Program-made: the position numbers and the translations under genes
DNA from: Candidatus Saccharimonadales bacterium
GTDB taxonomy: Bacteria; Patescibacteriota; Saccharimonadia; Saccharimonadales; EFPC-124
Direction: 5' to 3'
Assembly (NCBI GenBank): GCA_035457485.1
Contig: DATIBO010000006.1
Span: 94,134-158,133, forward strand
DNA: 64,000 nt
Shown here: piece by piece, positions 1 through 10,027 of the stretch
Position numbering within the stretch: position 1 is the first letter of the stretch
How the letters are laid out: every line of letters starts with the position of its first letter
The notes under the pieces: generated by a model
Seen by the model: only the letters and a program-made list of their open reading frames with translations
Databases searched by the model: none
What the model was told of the DNA's origin: nothing

Positions 1-2
1 TT

Positions 3-527
3 TTACCAACCGCACGCCTAAACGCCGCCAGCAAAATTTTAAAAAGCTTTGGCTTAAACGAGCGCGAATATTATATGCCGTATCAGTTAAGCGGGGGTCA
101 ACTACAGAGAGTAGCGATTGCGAGAGCACTTGTAACTAAACCGTCGCTAATTTTAGCCGACGAGCCCACCGGCAATCTAGATACAAAGTCCAGCGAAATT
201 ATCATGGAAGAACTGGCCGACATCCATCGCCGCGGAAACACAATAATTATGGTCACACACAACCCGGACGTCGCGATTTACGCCGATCGGATAATCCAAA
301 TGGTTGACGGTAGGATCGCCAGCGACAGCAAGCACCCAATCGACGAAGTAGAAAAAGACAAACGCCCATTAAGCACCTTCCGCAAGGCTATGGAAGCGGC
401 CGTAAAAGCCAATGAGGATTTTGCGAACGCAACTGAGGCCATGACCGAAGAAGCCTTACCACAAAAGCCCACCCGAAAAAGTAAAAAAACGCGCCGCAAA
501 GCCGTTAAAAAAGGTCGCCGCAAATGA
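3..527 (+). CDS. ABC transporter ATP-binding protein (MacB/LolD-like), 5' truncated by window edge
   Basis: LSGGQ signature, [11 protein letters not shown] Walker B/D-loop and VTH motif. The frame stays open upstream to the window start. Confidence 0.9.
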   Translation, partial: LPTARLNAASKILKSFGLNEREYYMPYQLSGGQLQRVAIARALVTKPSLILADEPTGNLDTKSSEIIMEELADIHRRGNTIIMVTHNPDVAIYADRIIQMVDGRIASDSKHPIDEVEKDKRPLSTFRKAMEAAVKANEDFANATEAMTEEALPQKPTRKSKKTRRKAVKKGRRK

Positions 528-1753
528 GATTCTTCGCCAACTTTAAACTCGCTATTCAAAACTTGCGCTCTACTCGCGTTCGTACAACATTAACAATCGT
601 AGGTATTATAATTGGCATAACCTCGGTTACGGCAATTTTATCGCTAAGTGAAGGCGCAAAAAATAACATCCGCGGCCAAGTCAGTGAACTCGGCGACGAC
701 ATTTTGACTATTCGCCCTGGCAAAGCACATCGCGACGAAGACGGTTTTTTAAAAGACTACAACTACTTAGCGGCATTCGGCACGTCAACAATTACCGAGA
801 GTGACCTGGAATCGATTAAACACAATTCAAACGTTTCACAGATCGCACCCCTCATGCTAGTTACCGGAAGTGTATCTGATATGGACAAAAAACTTAGCAG
901 TGGCGTTATTGTCGGTACAACAGCCGATGGCGATGAAGCTTTGGGTTTATCAGTTAACGCCGGAGAGTTTATAAGCTCTACAAGCGGCACGGATAAAGTT
1001 GTTTTGGGGCGTAATCTTGCGCTCGAAATGTTTGGGAGCGAAGTAACTACGGGTCAAAAAGTTCTAATTCGTGGACACGAATACACCGTGGTTGGAGTTT
1101 TGGGCTACTTCCCATCGAGCACTACTGTTAGCACGGTTTTTGATCTTAACAATGCAGCATTTATTTCTCTGCCGGCGGCCAAATCTTTTAACCAAGGTGT
1201 GGCGCAAATTCAGCAACTCAACCTGCGCCTACAGCCCGGCGTAGACGCCAAAACCGAAGCCGAAACGATCCACCAAAAACTTATCAGCAACCACCACAAC
1301 GAAGACGACGTTGCTGTCTTATTGCCTGCCGAAACAATCCAAATCGCCGACAGTATCTTGGGAACCTTTAGCAACGTAATAAGTGCTGTCGCCGCGATCT
1401 CAATCATCGTGGGTGGAGTTGGCATAATGAACATCATGCTTGTTAGTGTAACCGAGCGCACTCGCGAAATCGGCATCCGCAAAGCCATTGGCGCAACAAA
1501 CAGCCAAGTGTTAAGCCAGTTTATGATCGAGGCCCTGGTTATGAGCCTAGCTGGCGGATTTTTGGGAATCGTCGTGGGTTTTGGGCTTGCCTATGCCGCC
1601 GGCACTTTCATAGGATTTATGCCTGGGTTCACCTGGCAAATTATTGCAGCAAGCCTGACAATCTCGTTAGCTGTTGGTGTAGTTTTTGGCGCATGGCCTG
1701 CAATTAAAGCGGCGCGCAAGGATCCTATAGAAGCCTTGCGCTCGTTTAATTAG
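524..1753 (+). CDS. ABC transporter permease (MacB/FtsX-like)
   Basis: N-terminal TM, large extracytoplasmic domain, [28 protein letters not shown] motif, C-terminal PAxKAAxxDP. Confidence 0.92.
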   Translation: MRFFANFKLAIQNLRSTRVRTTLTIVGIIIGITSVTAILSLSEGAKNNIRGQVSELGDDILTIRPGKAHRDEDGFLKDYNYLAAFGTSTITESDLESIKHNSNVSQIAPLMLVTGSVSDMDKKLSSGVIVGTTADGDEALGLSVNAGEFISSTSGTDKVVLGRNLALEMFGSEVTTGQKVLIRGHEYTVVGVLGYFPSSTTVSTVFDLNNAAFISLPAAKSFNQGVAQIQQLNLRLQPGVDAKTEAETIHQKLISNHHNEDDVAVLLPAETIQIADSILGTFSNVISAVAAISIIVGGVGIMNIMLVSVTERTREIGIRKAIGATNSQVLSQFMIEALVMSLAGGFLGIVVGFGLAYAAGTFIGFMPGFTWQIIAASLTISLAVGVVFGAWPAIKAARKDPIEALRSFN

Positions 1754-2778
1754 CCTAATGCAATCTTCAATTTCTCTACCAAATCTACCGGCGTTGGATT
1801 TATATTATTCAAAATCGCTAAGTAAACGGATGCGTGTTCACCCAGCATGATTGCGTAAACCATTTGCTCAAGCTGCGTATCGCCTTTTGCCTCAATCCTA
1901 AACGCTTTAGGTCGTTTACCCGATAGCAGTTTATCGACCACTTCAAAGCGAAGTTTAGTTCGCTCGTGCTCAAAGCTGCTTACAATATCAAAAACAGCGA
2001 ACGGTTTTTCGACTGGCAAACCGGACCAGCCAATAAACTCGTTATGACACATCTCGGGCACAATGTTACACCAAGCTGTATTTTTGGCGTTTTCGTTCAC
2101 ACAAATCTTCCATTTGACCGCCGCTGGATACATTAGTGGTCCACTATAAATAATTGGCGTTTTGCCAACCATATGCTGAGCAATTTGTTTAGCCAAGTTA
2201 TCTTTTTCGGGTACATTTGCGGCCCAGGTTTTTACTGTTTCAGCCATTTTTGAAGATAGATCGGTAAGCTGCTGACCAATATTTTTATCTGTTAAGCCGG
2301 CTGCACCTAAAATTGCTACAATTGCTTTGTAAAAATAAAAACTCGCCATTCGTGGTTGCGCACAATCTGGAATCTGAACAAACGGTAAATTGTACTGGGC
2401 AGCCTTAGCTTTTAGCTTGCCGCCGTTTGCCTGAATAACAATTTGTGTACCCTTTTTGCGAGCGTCTTCGAGAGAGCTTAGAGTTTCTTCGGTGTTACCC
2501 GAAAAGCTACTTACAATCACCAAGGTTTCAGTGCCAACAAAATCCGGCAAAACGTAATCGCGACTAATTAAAAATGGCACAGTAAGTTTAGGCCAGGTGC
2601 TAACAAAACCAGCCGGAAACGCACTACCGCCCATACCTGTTAAAACCACGTTCAAAACGGGTTTTGTTGGCGTAAAATCTACCGTAAATTCGTGTTTTAA
2701 CTGATCAGGCGAACTGGCTGCAATGGCGAGCGCACCCTGCGGATCTCGTTGTTTGATTACGTTGATGTCGTCAAGCAT
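1750..2778 (-). CDS. Bifunctional phosphoglucose/phosphomannose isomerase (SIS family)
   Basis: GMGGS, SFSGNTEET, QPR, NENAK and PE-x-x-HNE motifs; AGGAGG SD upstream. Confidence 0.9.
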   Translation of the reverse strand: MLDDINVIKQRDPQGALAIAASSPDQLKHEFTVDFTPTKPVLNVVLTGMGGSAFPAGFVSTWPKLTVPFLISRDYVLPDFVGTETLVIVSSFSGNTEETLSSLEDARKKGTQIVIQANGGKLKAKAAQYNLPFVQIPDCAQPRMASFYFYKAIVAILGAAGLTDKNIGQQLTDLSSKMAETVKTWAANVPEKDNLAKQIAQHMVGKTPIIYSGPLMYPAAVKWKICVNENAKNTAWCNIVPEMCHNEFIGWSGLPVEKPFAVFDIVSSFEHERTKLRFEVVDKLLSGKRPKAFRIEAKGDTQLEQMVYAIMLGEHASVYLAILNNINPTPVDLVEKLKIALG

Positions 2779-2851
2779 GTCCCTCCTTTTAGGTATTTGC
2801 TATTTGCCAAAATACGCTATACTGTAGTTAAAGATTATAGCATTAAAAGGG

Positions 2852-3379
2852 GTGGGCATGAACGAAGATCAACACTTACAAACTCCAGTCAGCGGTGACG
2901 ATGATTTGGCAAAAGCATTAAGCGACCAGAGCGGCATGAAGTTCGAGGAAACCCCTATGCCAAGCATGATTACAGATGATTCCGCCAGCCAGCCGCCCGC
3001 TCCACAAGTTAGCGAACCGGAAAAAGATGAAGAAGTCGAAACTCCTGCTCCAAGTAGCTGGAGCCCTGGCGCTGATTCAAACGACACTAAAGATGAGCCC
3101 GAAACTCCTGCAGTTACAAGCCACAGCTCAACCAGCGACGACAGCTTAGACAAAATTAAGGATGATGTTGTTAATGCAATTAAACCTCTTTTAGGCAAGC
3201 TAGACCTTCCGCCTGAGGAAAAATTTGACACAATGCTTTTAGTAATCCGTTCTACTGACGACCAAAGTTTACTACAAGCTACATTTAACGCCGCGAAAGA
3301 AATTCCCGACGAAGCCAAGCGTGCCAAAGCATTGCTCGATGTAATGCGCGAAGTTAGCTATTTTAGCGGTAAAAAATAG
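2852..3379 (+). CDS. Hypothetical protein (acidic disordered N-terminus, helical C-terminal domain)
   Basis: 175-aa ORF filling the intergenic space, G-rich SD-like sequence upstream. Confidence 0.7.
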   Translation: MGMNEDQHLQTPVSGDDDLAKALSDQSGMKFEETPMPSMITDDSASQPPAPQVSEPEKDEEVETPAPSSWSPGADSNDTKDEPETPAVTSHSSTSDDSLDKIKDDVVNAIKPLLGKLDLPPEEKFDTMLLVIRSTDDQSLLQATFNAAKEIPDEAKRAKALLDVMREVSYFSGKK

Positions 3380-3437
3380 CATCTAAGTACCCGGGGGTGG
3401 TTCGAAGGTTATTCTTACTAAGGTTATTAGATTTATA

Positions 3438-3767
3438 CTAGTTTAAGTTATGTATCTTAAAGCCCGCCACCCCAAGAGCTAGCTCCTTTTCGCCGTAAAA
3501 TTGGCGCATATCAGCTAAAAGTTCTCGCTCTGTTTTACCGAAACGCTCAGTTGGATAAGAATTAAACAACTCTTTAAAGCTTCCGAAACGCAAAATTCCT
3601 ACGACTTTTGCTACGATTTCTTTTTTAGTTTCGCGATTGATAAAAACAATCATGTCGCCAGCTTTTATTTTGGCGTGGATTTCATCGTATAATCGTGGTT
3701 CGATTATACGTTTCTTGCTTAAAATAAGTTCGAATGTTGGTTCGTCTACTTCACTTCTAAAGATCAT
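3438..3767 (-). CDS. ASCH (PUA-like) domain protein
   Basis: F-x-x-I-x-S-x-K-x-x-x-E-x-R pattern, IKAGDxIxF and F-x-SFKEL motifs. Confidence 0.8.
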   Translation of the reverse strand: MIFRSEVDEPTFELILSKKRIIEPRLYDEIHAKIKAGDMIVFINRETKKEIVAKVVGILRFGSFKELFNSYPTERFGKTERELLADMRQFYGEKELALGVAGFKIHNLN

Positions 3768-3793
3768 TCTTTAAGTGTAGCAGGAATTTCTGC

Positions 3794-3830
3794 GGGGCCC
3801 ACATCGCGACATTTCTGCGATGTGGGCCCC
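3794..3830 (-). terminator. GC-rich hairpin downstream of the 3853-4914 gene
   Basis: GGGGCCCACATCGC-N9-GCGATGTGGGCCCC, a perfect 14-bp stem. Confidence 0.6.
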
Positions 3831-3852
3831 TTGGCGTCGGGAGCTGAGGAGG

Positions 3853-4914
3853 TCAGCTCCTCTTTGACGCCCCGGGCTTCAGCTGTGTAGCCAGCCCGAT
3901 CTCCTTACCGAGCGCCGCAGCCGCATCAGCCAGTGGCTTAAGGTGAGCCAGTGCGGCCACCTCAGCTGTCAGCCGCTCGATCTCTCGCTTGAGCGATGCG
4001 ATCTCGCTGGCCTGCGTGCGGTTGGCTGAACGCGCCGCACTCAGGTCATCCGTCTTCTTGGACAGTCGACCTTCGAGCGAAGCGACCTTGATGCGAAGAT
4101 CACGAATCACCGCAGCCGCCTGAAGCAGGTTCGTCAGAGGGTTGGAGTTAACCTCTGTAGCCGGCTGCTCCTCGGCGACAGGAACCTCAGGCTCGTCGGG
4201 CGCGCCCGCCTTGACCGAAGTCTCGGTGGCCTTAGCCTTTTCTGCCTGTTTCACCATCTCCGTCGTGACTCGCGTGATGGAAGTATCGACGAAGTGTCGG
4301 CGGAGTCCACCGCCGACGTTATCGGTCCAGCGCAGACCCATCGCGTTCAGTAAGCTCGCGATGCTCGACGCCTGCCGCCTGGTGATCCCGGTCAGAACTT
4401 CAGCCGCCAGGCTGAGGATACTGTTGTGGTCGGGAATGAAATTGTGTTTGCCGCGGGTGTTGTGTTCGTAACACATGTCACCACCCTCACACTCGATAGA
4501 GACATCGTCTCCTTGCAAGTACGTCAGGAGCTTCGTAGCCTCTTCGGCACGACGCTCCACACTTAGCAATTCGGTCGGCTTGTCGGCTGACTCTCTCACT
4601 TCCGCCTCACCATCTTCCGGCTTCTTGTCGATCTTCGTCGTGGTAACGGGAGAGTTATGGGCGCCTCGAGGGAGCTTCTTCAACCCCATCTCGACGATCA
4701 CGTCCCCCTCTTTCTTGACCCATGTCCTCCGCTCACGGCACATGGTGGCGACCAGCGCATTGATTTCCGCAAGCGGAATCCCAAACGCCAGAGCGATTGC
4801 CACGGTCGGCTCCTCGAACTTACCACCGATCATGCGACCAGAGATACGCCCGTGGTGCTGCAGCAAGAATCCGACGATGCGATCTGCATCCGTCGACTTC
4901 GGGTTTTCGGCCAC
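3853..4914 (-). CDS. Hypothetical high-GC protein with C-terminal coiled coil
   Basis: 353-aa ORF, GTG start with GAGGAGG SD, heptad-rich C-terminus. Confidence 0.75.
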   Translation of the reverse strand: MAENPKSTDADRIVGFLLQHHGRISGRMIGGKFEEPTVAIALAFGIPLAEINALVATMCRERRTWVKKEGDVIVEMGLKKLPRGAHNSPVTTTKIDKKPEDGEAEVRESADKPTELLSVERRAEEATKLLTYLQGDDVSIECEGGDMCYEHNTRGKHNFIPDHNSILSLAAEVLTGITRRQASSIASLLNAMGLRWTDNVGGGLRRHFVDTSITRVTTEMVKQAEKAKATETSVKAGAPDEPEVPVAEEQPATEVNSNPLTNLLQAAAVIRDLRIKVASLEGRLSKKTDDLSAARSANRTQASEIASLKREIERLTAEVAALAHLKPLADAAAALGKEIGLATQLKPGASKRS

Positions 4915-5036
4915 TTTTCCTCCTCGTGATACCGAAGAAAATATTATAACATAAAATTAAATAAGTTCTAGTGAGAGGACCGCGAGTAAGCGGCCCTTAA
5001 TCACCTAGCGCTCATGTAGGCGCTAAACAAGGTTAG

Positions 5037-6683
5037 CTACATCATGCCCATACCAGGCATGCCACCGCCAGCAGCTGCAGCTGGCTCATCCTTTGGAATA
5101 TCGACCACCAAAGCACCCATTGTCATTGCCGTTGCTGCAATCGACACGGCGTTTTGGATCGCTTCTTTAGTTACGCGGGCTGGATCGACTACACCTTTAC
5201 CCTTTAAATCAACTAGTTTTTCAGGGCTGTTTACATCAAAACCTTGACCGGTTTTTTTACTTGCCATAACTTGTGGAAGCTTTTCGTCGGCATTTAAGCC
5301 AGCGTTTAACATCAGTTGTTTAAACGGCTGAACAAGTGCGTTCTTCAAAAGCTGGTGCCCGGCTGCAACACTATCGTTGCCAGCAACATCGATTGTTTTA
5401 CTTAAGTCAACCAGCGTAACGCCACCACCGGCAACCACACCTTCGGCCAACGCAGCTTTAGTCGCAGCTACGGCGTCGTCTACTCTAAACTTCTTCTCTT
5501 CGATCTCAGTTTCGGTAACGCCACCAACTTTAATTACGGCAACTTTGCCACCCAAAGCTGCTGCACGCTTTTCGTAGTTTTCTTTGTCGTACTCGCTGGT
5601 TGCAGCGCTCGCTTGAGCTGTAATTTCGGCAATTCGCGCGTTTACTTCTTTGGTTGCTCCGGCGCCTTCGATAATTGTAGTTTCATCTTTACCTACAATC
5701 ACTTTGCGAGCTGAGCCAACCATGCTCAGTTCTGCATTTTCAAAGCTGTGACCTTGCTCTTTGGTGATTACGGTCGCACCTGTAAGCACAGCTAGATCCT
5801 GCAAAATCTCTTTGCGGCGGTCGCCAAATGCCGGAGCCTTAACCGCAACCGTGTTAAACACACCCTTTAATTTGTTCAAAACCAAAGTTGCGAGTACTTC
5901 ACCCTCGACATCTTCGGCAATTAATACTAAGTCTTTTTTGCCAGCTTGAGCTAACTTCTCGAGCATTGGTAAAAATTGTTGTACGCTAGTAATTTTTTCG
6001 TCAGTAATCACGATTGCCGGCTTGTCGTAGCTAGCTTCCATGCGTGCAGTGTCGGTCACCATGTAGCTGCTTACAAAGCCGCGGTCCATAGTGAAGCCTT
6101 CGACCACTTCGCTCTCTAGCTTCAGGCCTTGGCCCTCTTCAACGGTTACCACGCCGTCTTTGCCGATTTTACTGATTACATCAGCAATTAAGGTGCCTAT
6201 TTCTTTGTCGCCAGCGCTGATTGTTGCGACTTCGGCGATTCGCTCTTTTTTACTACCGATTTGCTCGGCCATGCCACTAAGTTTGGCAATGATTTCAGCT
6301 CCAGCCGCCTCAACTCCTTTGCGAAGCTCCATTGGATTGTGGCCAGCAGCAATCAAGCGATTGGCCTCAGCCAAAATGTTGTAAGTTAACACAGTAACAG
6401 TCGTAGTTCCGTCACCGGCTACGTCGTTCATTTTGTTGGCGGCTTGCTTAATTAGATCAGCTCCAACTTTAAAGCCCAATTCCTCGTTGTCTTCTTCGGG
6501 AAGTTCGATCGCTTTCGCTACACTCACACCGTCGTGCGTAACAGTTGGGCCACCGTAGCCTTTGCTTATAACTACGTTGCGGCCTTTAGGACCCATGGTA
6601 ACTTTCACGGCATCATACAGGGCTTTCGCTCCACCCAGAACACGGCGACGCGCATCATCATCATAAAAAACTTTTTTAGCCAT
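5037..6683 (-). CDS. groEL: Chaperonin GroEL
   Basis: TMGPKGRNV, AGDGTTT, KAPAFGDRRK motifs and GGM tail. Confidence 0.99.
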   Translation of the reverse strand: MAKKVFYDDDARRRVLGGAKALYDAVKVTMGPKGRNVVISKGYGGPTVTHDGVSVAKAIELPEEDNEELGFKVGADLIKQAANKMNDVAGDGTTTVTVLTYNILAEANRLIAAGHNPMELRKGVEAAGAEIIAKLSGMAEQIGSKKERIAEVATISAGDKEIGTLIADVISKIGKDGVVTVEEGQGLKLESEVVEGFTMDRGFVSSYMVTDTARMEASYDKPAIVITDEKITSVQQFLPMLEKLAQAGKKDLVLIAEDVEGEVLATLVLNKLKGVFNTVAVKAPAFGDRRKEILQDLAVLTGATVITKEQGHSFENAELSMVGSARKVIVGKDETTIIEGAGATKEVNARIAEITAQASAATSEYDKENYEKRAAALGGKVAVIKVGGVTETEIEEKKFRVDDAVAATKAALAEGVVAGGGVTLVDLSKTIDVAGNDSVAAGHQLLKNALVQPFKQLMLNAGLNADEKLPQVMASKKTGQGFDVNSPEKLVDLKGKGVVDPARVTKEAIQNAVSIAATAMTMGALVVDIPKDEPAAAAGGGMPGMGMM

Positions 6684-6691
6684 AAAACTCC

Positions 6692-6961
6692 TTATTTAGC
6701 CAAAACAGCTAAAACATCTTCTTCTTTAACAATTAAATATTCGACTCCGCCGGTTTTTAATTCGGTTACGGAGTATTCTTTATACACAATAAGGTCGTCT
6801 TTTTTGACCTCTTTAACTTCTTTACCGACAGCTACAACCTTAGCCACTACTGACTTTTCTTTGGCTTCGTCTGGTAAAAATAAGCCCGATGCAGTTTTAT
6901 TTTGGGCTTGTTCGCGGACAGCGACAACTCGGTCTGCAAGCGGTTTAAGTGCTTGACTCAT
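6692..6961 (-). CDS. groES: Co-chaperonin GroES
   Basis: KPLADRVV and TASGLFLPDEAKEK motifs; directly upstream of groEL. Confidence 0.98.
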   Translation of the reverse strand: MSQALKPLADRVVAVREQAQNKTASGLFLPDEAKEKSVVAKVVAVGKEVKEVKKDDLIVYKEYSVTELKTGGVEYLIVKEEDVLAVLAK

Positions 6962-7004
6962 GATAACCTCCAGTTTTTGTAACTACATATTTACTATAGT
7001 CTGA

Positions 7005-7031
7005 CTAGCACTGTCAAGGCAAGAGTGCTAG
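7005..7031. promoter_or_regulatory. CIRCE operator (HrcA site)
   Basis: CTAGCACTG-N9-GAGTGCTAG upstream of groES, matching the TTAGCACTC-N9-GAGTGCTAA consensus. Confidence 0.9.
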
Positions 7032-7038
7032 CGAGTAT

Positions 7039-8385
7039 TTATTCTTCGATAATTTTAGTAACTTTATTAATCAGTTCGTCCAAATCCTGTTGGCTTTTTG
7101 CCTCGGCGTTTAAACGTAAAACCGGCTCAGTGTTACTTGGCCGAACATTAAACCATTTACCTTGATCCTCGTAAGCTACTGTAATTCCATCAAGCAGATC
7201 TTGTGCGCCATCGGTAAAAGTTGCCCGTACTCTTTCAATAACTTGCGGTTTGTTTTCGACCTCAAAGTTTATCTCGGGAGACGACACATATTTATTACGA
7301 TACTTATTCGCCAAATCGCTGAGCTTTTCGCCACTCTCGGCTAAGGCCTGGATAGATAAAATCATGCCAATTAAACCAGAGTCGGTGTAAAAATTATCCT
7401 TAAAGTAAAGATGCGCAGTGTGTTCACCTGCAAAAAGCGCCTTTTGTGTACGCATATCGGCCTTAATGTAGCCAAAGCCCACGCGCGTTCTAAACGGCTT
7501 ACCGCCGGCCGCAACAATTGCATCCCTGGCCGTTTGACCGCAAATTAAGTTATACAAAATTGTTGCCCCCGGATTTTTGCCAAGCAAATATGTTGCCAAA
7601 ATTGCGGTTATCACCTTGCCCGTTACCACCTCGCCTTGCTCATCGAGCATTAAAGCGTGATCGCCGTCAGCATCGAATGCGAATCCAAAATCGCAAGCTT
7701 CGATGCTAATTTTAGCTTTTATTTGAGTTAGATTGTCGCCATTCAACGGATCTGCCGGATGATTTGGAAAACTAGGATCCGGATCAAAATACATTGGAAA
7801 AATTTGCAGAGGCAATTTAGTGGCAATTTTTTGTAAAATTGGGCCGGCTGCCCCATTACCAGTATCTATCGCCACCCTATATTTTGGCCATTTTGTAAGA
7901 TCGGCAAAGCTTAAAACGTGCTCAATCCAATCATCGGCTATATCTTTTTTAATAACTTGCCCAGTCTGAGGAGGCGATACAAACTGATTACTTACCACGA
8001 GATCACGAATATTCATCAAACCCTCGCCCACTCCAATTGGTCGCGCTTGTTCGTGGCAGAACCTTAGACCATTGTATTCTGAGTGAATATGCCCAGATGT
8101 AATCATTGCTCCGCCGGCCAGCCCAAATTTCCCCACGCAAAAGTACATCATGTCAGAGGTGATCTGGCCCAAATCCCAAACATCCCTTCCCTGTTGACGT
8201 ACCCCGTTTATAAAAGCCTCGGCAAGTTGAGCTGAGTCCGTGCGAATATCGCGCCCTACAACAACCGCTCCTGCGGTTGGCAGCCATGTCGCTAGCGCGC
8301 GACCCAGCCGCTCGGCAACTTCGGGGGTTAAATCCTCGCCAACTTTGCCGCGGACATCGTATGCTTTAAAAATGTCTAAATTCAC
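7039..8385 (-). CDS. Phosphomannomutase/phosphoglucomutase-family protein with degenerate catalytic loop
   Basis: FKAYDVRG start and RPSNTEP end. The phosphoserine loop reads ITSGHIH instead of TASHNP, and DADGDH replaces DxDxDR. Confidence 0.85.
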   Translation of the reverse strand: MNLDIFKAYDVRGKVGEDLTPEVAERLGRALATWLPTAGAVVVGRDIRTDSAQLAEAFINGVRQQGRDVWDLGQITSDMMYFCVGKFGLAGGAMITSGHIHSEYNGLRFCHEQARPIGVGEGLMNIRDLVVSNQFVSPPQTGQVIKKDIADDWIEHVLSFADLTKWPKYRVAIDTGNGAAGPILQKIATKLPLQIFPMYFDPDPSFPNHPADPLNGDNLTQIKAKISIEACDFGFAFDADGDHALMLDEQGEVVTGKVITAILATYLLGKNPGATILYNLICGQTARDAIVAAGGKPFRTRVGFGYIKADMRTQKALFAGEHTAHLYFKDNFYTDSGLIGMILSIQALAESGEKLSDLANKYRNKYVSSPEINFEVENKPQVIERVRATFTDGAQDLLDGITVAYEDQGKWFNVRPSNTEPVLRLNAEAKSQQDLDELINKVTKIIEE

Positions 8386-8415
8386 GCCGCGCCCCCTTAA
8401 CTAAGTTCATTATAG

Positions 8416-8442
8416 GCGCCCTGGCAATAAAATCCAGGGCGC
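8416..8442. terminator. Hairpin between the two phosphohexomutase genes
   Basis: GCGCCCTGG-N9-CCAGGGCGC. Confidence 0.55.
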
Positions 8443-8453
8443 AAAGAGCAAAC

Positions 8454-9881
8454 TTAGTTTAAAGCATCTACGTTTGCGGCAATTTTGTTTTCCCATTCTA
8501 CTTCTGGAAAACTATGCAACAGATCTGACAGATATTTTTTGAGCTTGTCGTAGCCCGGCTGGGTTTTCGACTCAAGCTTAATACCTAGGTACGGGCCATT
8601 CTGCGAGTAGCGCACCACAAACATACTGTCATCCGTTTCAAGCCGTACGCCATCACCTGCGCGCTCGTCGTCAATGATCTCGGCGCTTGGGAAATCTTTT
8701 TTGAGTATTGGCACTAATTTTTCAACCAACTTAACCTTTTTGTCATCAGCACAGGCTAGCTTGATTTCTGGGCTCGAAACATATTGAGGCATAGCCGCCA
8801 CTATTTCGCTAAGTTTTTTACCTGTCTCACTTAGGTAACGGATCAGGCGCAAAGTCGAGAACAACCCATCGTCGTGATTATAAAAATCAGCCGAGAAAAA
8901 GAAGTGGCCAGAAAGCTCTCCAATAAACGCAGCCTTAACCTCTTGGTTCTTCTTTTTTAAGAACGAGTGGCCGGTGCGCCACATAAATGGTTCGCCACCT
9001 TTTGCGGTAATCGTTTCGGGCACTGCCTTTGAGCAAAATGTGTTGAACATAATTTTTGCACCGAGATGATCCATCAGAACCGCTTCGGCAAAAATTGCCA
9101 CAAGCATGTCATTCCAGATTATTCCACCCTTTTCGTCAACAATTCCAATACGATCACCGTCGGCGTCGTATGTAAAGCCAACGTCTGCCTTTGCCTCTAA
9201 CACCTCTTTACTTAGACGATCGAGCACGTGCTTTTCGGTTGGATCAGCTACACCAAGCGGAAAAGTAGGATCCACTTTTGTATTGTATTCAATCACCTCA
9301 CAACCGGCTTGGCGCAAAAGATCTGGCGCAATTCCACCAGCAGTTGTGCAGCTCGGATCGACCACCACACGCAACCCTTTTTTAATTGGTAATCGTTTTA
9401 AAATATCGTCAAAGTAAGCTTGGCGAATATCACGCTGTTCAACCTTGCCTGGTTTTTCTGCCATGTCGTAATCTTCTTCTTGCACCATTCGGCAAAGTTC
9501 GCGCATACCATCGCTCACTAAAGTTTCCGAAAAATCATTGGCAAACTTAAAACCGTTAAATTCCGGCGGATTGTGGCTCGCGCTCACGTAAACGCCACCC
9601 TTGCGATTCAAATAATATTGCGACCAATAAAACGTGCCGATCATATGCATACCAATATCGATCACATCAACACCTGTTGCATTAAGACCCTCGATCAAGC
9701 TGGCGGCATATTCCGGGCTGGTTTGACGACAATCGCGACCAACTACAGCTTCGGTAATCCCTTGTCTTTTTAGGTAGGTTCCAAACGCGCGACCAATATG
9801 CTCGGCAATTTCTGGATTTAAATCTTCGCCCACTAAACCTCTAAGGTCATACCCACGAAACATATGTGGATTAATTTTCAT
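8454..9881 (-). CDS. Phosphomannomutase/phosphoglucomutase
   Basis: FRGYDLRG, SASHNP, DADGDR and GELSGH motifs all intact. Confidence 0.93.
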   Translation of the reverse strand: MKINPHMFRGYDLRGLVGEDLNPEIAEHIGRAFGTYLKRQGITEAVVGRDCRQTSPEYAASLIEGLNATGVDVIDIGMHMIGTFYWSQYYLNRKGGVYVSASHNPPEFNGFKFANDFSETLVSDGMRELCRMVQEEDYDMAEKPGKVEQRDIRQAYFDDILKRLPIKKGLRVVVDPSCTTAGGIAPDLLRQAGCEVIEYNTKVDPTFPLGVADPTEKHVLDRLSKEVLEAKADVGFTYDADGDRIGIVDEKGGIIWNDMLVAIFAEAVLMDHLGAKIMFNTFCSKAVPETITAKGGEPFMWRTGHSFLKKKNQEVKAAFIGELSGHFFFSADFYNHDDGLFSTLRLIRYLSETGKKLSEIVAAMPQYVSSPEIKLACADDKKVKLVEKLVPILKKDFPSAEIIDDERAGDGVRLETDDSMFVVRYSQNGPYLGIKLESKTQPGYDKLKKYLSDLLHSFPEVEWENKIAANVDALN

Positions 9882-10027
9882 TTTAACTCCTTGATTATGT
9901 ATTCAAACAAAGCGCTGGTTGCGCAAAAAGGCGTTGTCTTATACGTCCCTCCAACATTAGTACGAGCCCTCATTATAACATGAACCGGACTTGTTTATCG
10001 CCCCCCAGCGCGCATATACTAAATGTA

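Noticed and set aside
4142-4954. Plus-strand ORFs opposite the high-GC gene (similar ones at 42595-43969)
   Set aside because: Antisense shadows expected in GC-rich coding DNA; the SD and promoter support the minus-strand gene.
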